NCBI GenBank assembly: GCA_965644265.1
Contig: OZ286474.1
Coordinates: 57,846,001-57,910,000 of the forward strand
Length of the DNA stretch: 64,000 nucleotides
Origin: Glycera tridactyla
Lineage: Eukaryota
Direction: 5' to 3'
The notes beneath the pieces were generated by a model, which saw only the letters and a list, made by a program, of their open reading frames with translations, was not told where the DNA came from and did no database searches. This document shows positions 60,322 through 64,000 of the stretch, piece by piece. Positions within the stretch are counted from its first letter, which is position 1. Each line of letters starts with the position of its first letter. Position numbers and translations under genes: made by a program.

Positions 60322-61991
60322 TTTATGGGTTAATTATTTCGGGTGTTCTTGCGATCTTTTTTGCAGAATTTGATTTCTTCGCGGCTGGGCCTTTTCCCGA
60401 ATCTTCAGATTTACCTACACCCGTGTGTCCACGTGAGCTCGCCCGTTTGCTGCACGGTTACGATCCTGAATTATCTCTTTATCTCATCAATGGATTCATT
60501 GAAGGTTTCTCTATCGATAGAAATGATGGGCCTGTATTCCAGGCTTCCCAAAATTCCTTGCCGGCGCTTCGACATCCTGATATTTTATTGTCCCTTATTG
60601 ACAAAGAAATACAGCTAGGTCGTATGTCGGGCCCCTTTGTCGTACCACCTTTCAGATCCATGCATATTGCGCCTCTTACCCTGCGTCCAAAAAAGGAGTC
60701 TGGCAAGTGGAGATTAATTCAGGACCTCTCCTACCCCTATTCTAAACTCTCTATCAATGGCATGATCCCCGATGATAAAGCTTCCATTAGGTACGCATCG
60801 GTCTCTGAGGCGATTGCGATTATCATGAAATTAGGGCGGGGTTGTTTCATTTGTAAAACCGATATTCGGTCGGCTTTTCGACTCATTCCAATCAAGCCTG
60901 CAGAGTATAGGTTGCTAGGTTTTAAAGTCGAGAACCTTTATTATTATGACATGTGCTTGGTCTTCGGCGGACGTTCTAGTTGCCGTATTTTTGAGATTTT
61001 TTCTACGGCTTTGGAATGGATCATGAGAAATAAGTTCGGTCTGATAAATTGTATCCACTATATTGATGACTTTTTTCTGGCAGCGGCTACGGAAATTGAA
61101 TGCACATCGGCTCTACAGGTTTTTACTGAAGTCTGCCATAGAATTGGAGTTCCCTTGGCCCCTGAGAAGACGGAGGGCCCGTCTCAGAATCTGGCCTTTT
61201 TGGGGATCATGCTGGACACCCAATTATTCATGGCGACTTTGCCCCCTGAAAAGGTGCAGGAGTACATTTCTCGCATTCGCACCTTAATGTGTTGTCACAG
61301 GGCTACTTTAGCGGATTTCCAACAGGTAGTGGGTTGCCTCCAGTGGGCGTGTAGGGTTGTCCTGCCTGGTAGGCCTTTTCTGAGACGCTTGATTGATGGT
61401 ACATGTGGTGTTAGGTTCCCTTCGGCGACCATTTCTGTGACTCAAGAGATGACTCATGACTTGAATGTATGGCTCCTTTTCTTGGAAAGATATAACGGTC
61501 GCACCTTCTTCCATAGTAATCAGGTATTCACCAATGTGGATATGCATCTTTTCACCGATGCTTGCTTTAAAGGTTGTGGGGGTCACCTGGGGGCCCGCTG
61601 GTTTGAAGTTGCGTTCCCTGAGAATTGGAGTATTTTTCATATCACATTTTTGGAGCTATACCCTATTGTGGTAGCAGTGCACATTTTCGGCAATCTTTTT
61701 GCGAACAAACGTATTTGTTTCCACACAGATAATCAGGCTTTGGTTTCCATCCTGAATCATCAGACATCCCGAGATAAGCATGTCATGCGCTTGGTCAGAC
61801 AGCTAGTGCTTGCTTGCTTGACAATGAATATTAAATTCTTGAGTACACACGTCCCGGGAATTCAAAATGGTATAGCAGATGCAATTTCCCGATTTCAGAT
61901 CAGGGAGTATGGTCTTCGGCGAGCAGGGCTCAAACAGCAGCCAGAAGAAATCCCTTTGTCTCTGCGTCCAGCTCAATGGAGAGGATTGTAG
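60297..61991 (+). CDS. Ngaro reverse transcriptase-RNase H
   Basis: Frame opens at 60297, overlapping the gag end, with no early ATG. Motifs LPTPV, KTDIRSAFR, FGGRSSC, HYIDDFF; RNase H FTDA, LELYP, HTDN, ADAISR. Confidence 0.95.
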   Translation, partial: WRFCEVRLVYGLIISGVLAIFFAEFDFFAAGPFPESSDLPTPVCPRELARLLHGYDPELSLYLINGFIEGFSIDRNDGPVFQASQNSLPALRHPDILLSLIDKEIQLGRMSGPFVVPPFRSMHIAPLTLRPKKESGKWRLIQDLSYPYSKLSINGMIPDDKASIRYASVSEAIAIIMKLGRGCFICKTDIRSAFRLIPIKPAEYRLLGFKVENLYYYDMCLVFGGRSSCRIFEIFSTALEWIMRNKFGLINCIHYIDDFFLAAATEIECTSALQVFTEVCHRIGVPLAPEKTEGPSQNLAFLGIMLDTQLFMATLPPEKVQEYISRIRTLMCCHRATLADFQQVVGCLQWACRVVLPGRPFLRRLIDGTCGVRFPSATISVTQEMTHDLNVWLLFLERYNGRTFFHSNQVFTNVDMHLFTDACFKGCGGHLGARWFEVAFPENWSIFHITFLELYPIVVAVHIFGNLFANKRICFHTDNQALVSILNHQTSRDKHVMRLVRQLVLACLTMNIKFLSTHVPGIQNGIADAISRFQIREYGLRRAGLKQQPEEIPLSLRPAQWRGL

Positions 61992-62887
61992 CTTTTTGTC
62001 TTGCTAGGAGCATATCACCATCAACATATAGAAGTTATACTAGGTACTGGAATCAGTTTGTATCTTTTATACTTGAATATACGGGGCTCCTTCCTATTTA
62101 CCCTGTTAATTTCCACCTAGTTGAAGCTTTCGTAGTACTGTCTCATTTTGCAGACCTTTCACATTCTACTATCAAAATTGCCTGTTCTGCTATAGCTTTT
62201 GCGCATAAATCACGGGGGTATGATTCTCCTACCGTATCATTCAGGATAACTAAATTGATTGAATCTTTTCGTCGTATGGCGCCGAGGTGTGAGCGGCGCA
62301 AGCCTATCACAGCTAACCTGTTGATGAATATACTAGGTGTATGCCCTGCTCTCGGTCTATCTCCGTATGAGAAATCCGCTTTCGAGTGTGCGGCTTGCTT
62401 GATGTATGGCGCAGCCTTACGAGTAAGTGAGCTTTTCATTACTCGTGATGCTAATCATGCAATTGTTATGAATGACTTGCATTTTGATGTTGACGCAGAA
62501 GGGGTTAAATCCGCAATATTCATACTCAGATCATTCAAGAACATGTCCAATGGTCCGGTTTCGGTCAAAGTTTTGGCTAACGGTAGGGTCTCCTGTCCAG
62601 TCACGAAATTGCAGGTTTTTCTGTGTAACAGAGGCACCCATCCGGGCCCGGTGATGCTAGACTGTTTAGGTGTCCAGTTCTCTGCCAGTTGGTTCAGCAG
62701 ACATCTGAGGCGGGCCATTATTTGCCTGGGTCTGAGCCCAACTGATTTTACATCACACTCCTTCAGAATTGGGGCGTGTACGGACCTGGCTGGGTCAGGA
62801 GCCTCTGTTGTGCAGCTGAAGCTACTAGGTAGATGGCGTTCGTTCTCTTTCCTTAAATATATAAGGCCTGATTTGCTCACTTTGTAA
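61976..62887 (+). CDS. Ngaro tyrosine recombinase (303 aa)
   Basis: Catalytic residues: LRVSEL (R), SFKN (K), HSFRIG (HxxR), LGRW, LKYIR (Y). Confidence 0.95.
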   Translation: MERIVAFCLARSISPSTYRSYTRYWNQFVSFILEYTGLLPIYPVNFHLVEAFVVLSHFADLSHSTIKIACSAIAFAHKSRGYDSPTVSFRITKLIESFRRMAPRCERRKPITANLLMNILGVCPALGLSPYEKSAFECAACLMYGAALRVSELFITRDANHAIVMNDLHFDVDAEGVKSAIFILRSFKNMSNGPVSVKVLANGRVSCPVTKLQVFLCNRGTHPGPVMLDCLGVQFSASWFSRHLRRAIICLGLSPTDFTSHSFRIGACTDLAGSGASVVQLKLLGRWRSFSFLKYIRPDLLTL

Positions 62888-62945
62888 GCTCACTTCGTGC
62901 CCTAAGGTATCTGTGTTGCCGTGAGCTTCTAAGGAAGCTGATGCC

Positions 62946-63102
62946 TTGACGTGCTACACGGATATCTTACAGGGAATCTGGTAATTGGATCAATTATAGC
63001 AGTAATTCTTATTGTTTCAATGTATTCAGAAGTAGTGGAGATGATGATTGAGTGTATCACAATATTGACCTCAATGATTGATCGCTTGTGCTGATTTAAT
63101 TC
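62946..63102 (+). repeat. Ngaro split direct repeat B1 (verifiable part)
   Basis: Identical by eye to 63844-64000; may extend toward 63533. Confidence 0.92.
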
Positions 63103-63533
63103 GTCAGTGGTGTTAGATTGAATTACATTGTGTTAGTTGTTCACACTGGTCGAATTTTCCTCATAATTGTCATGATCTAGTGGTAATCTATTTTCTATGC
63201 TTAATGCCCCAAGAAGTTGGAGCATGCGTGAATTCAATTGGTGACACGGGTGGAGGTGTGAGGACATTCCCTCCTGTGAATGCTCAATTAAGTTGACATG
63301 TGGTTCTAGGGTGTGGTGTGAAGATATCGCTTCCCTAATTTGTATTTGGTGTATTCAGATAATTTGCATTTTCATTGATGACTTGAGCAGGACGCGACCT
63401 TGTCGGTCCCTAGCTTGGTGTTTCCATTCAATTATTCATGGTAGTTGGCGCCGGCTTGTTATAGCGGCTGCTGGTTTAGGAAATAAATAGTAATTAACCA
63501 ATTTGATAGTCCATTCTCTGTTCATGTTCACCC

Positions 63534-63807
63534 AACCGTTGAATGCCCTCCCATAAACAGCATTCAAGTTTGGGTTTTCATGTCAGATGTCAGAATGTAT
63601 TCATACCCTTCAAGTAAATATGTGTGGTCGGTTAGAATAGACTATAGCTTTCAGCGACGTCAATAGATTCACGTTGTTAGGCGTTGCTAGGAGACGTTTA
63701 TGACGCACCCACTTGTGACGTCAGCAGATTTAGTGCAAGCTACACAACGGCGCCATTTGAATTACGCTGCCACTGTTCGACGACGCATTCCACGGCAGCG
63801 CCTTTAC
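63534..63807 (+). repeat. Ngaro split direct repeat A2
   Basis: Copy of 57051-57327. Confidence 0.95.
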
Positions 63808-63843
63808 CCACCATCCTCCCCAACTCCACCTTTTCTAATGTCT

Positions 63844-64000
63844 TTGACGTGCTACACGGATATCTTACAGGGAATCTGGTAATTGGATCAATTATAGCAG
63901 TAATTCTTATTGTTTCAATGTATTCAGAAGTAGTGGAGATGATGATTGAGTGTATCACAATATTGACCTCAATGATTGATCGCTTGTGCTGATTTAATTC
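63844..64000 (+). repeat. Ngaro split direct repeat B2 (truncated by window end)
   Basis: Copy of 62946-63102. Confidence 0.92.

Larger units (their letters stand above)
57051..64000 (+). mobile_element. Ngaro-type (DIRS order) tyrosine-recombinase retrotransposon, apparently intact, 3' end outside the window
   Basis: Split direct repeats A1-ORFs-B1-A2-B2; ORFs hydrolase, gag, RT-RNaseH and YR; no methyltransferase after RNase H. It lies antisense, upstream of the first visible GALNT exon, so probably within an intron. Confidence 0.93.

Noticed and set aside
57647-62880. Antisense ORFs over the Ngaro genes (57647-58090, 59289-59687, 61308-61640, 62455-62880)
   Set aside because: They are shadows of real sense ORFs with no independent motifs.

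Overview
This is eukaryotic genomic DNA from an invertebrate, probably a lophotrochozoan (a guess from gene style, not demonstrated). It is AT-rich, has spliceosomal introns and contains eight N gaps. No rRNA, tRNA or CRISPR array was seen. I rebuilt four host genes by hand from GT-AG splice sites and reading phase. (1) Gene A (+, 5' end outside the window to 8594) and (2) gene B (+, 27248-41971) are paralogues encoding secreted proteins made of PAN/apple-like Cys-rich domains alternating with Thr/Pro-rich mucin-like linkers; every internal exon is phase 1-1. (3) Between them is a signal peptide-LRR-LRRCT-PAN-like gene (+, 19347-23004). (4) A polypeptide N-acetylgalactosaminyltransferase (GALNT) lies on the minus strand, convergent with gene B; ten exons run from 56360 to 45274 and the 5' exons are not visible. 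Two large retroelements sit antisense in introns. The first is an ~8.4 kb CR1/L2-group LINE in gene B with three ORFs (ORF1, a stand-alone SGNH hydrolase, APE-RT), a 537-bp in-frame duplication and one nonsense codon; an older relative abuts it. The second is an apparently intact Ngaro-type tyrosine-recombinase retrotransposon in a GALNT intron (A1-hydrolase-gag-RT/RNaseH-YR-B1-A2-B2), with its hydrolase 5' of gag and splice signals at ORF boundaries. Also present are Tc1/mariner-type MITEs, mini- and microsatellites, and a possible decayed minus-strand coding tract at ~8.8-19 kb. The best leads are the two SGNH-carrying retroelements and the PAN-mucin / LRR-PAN / GALNT neighbourhood.
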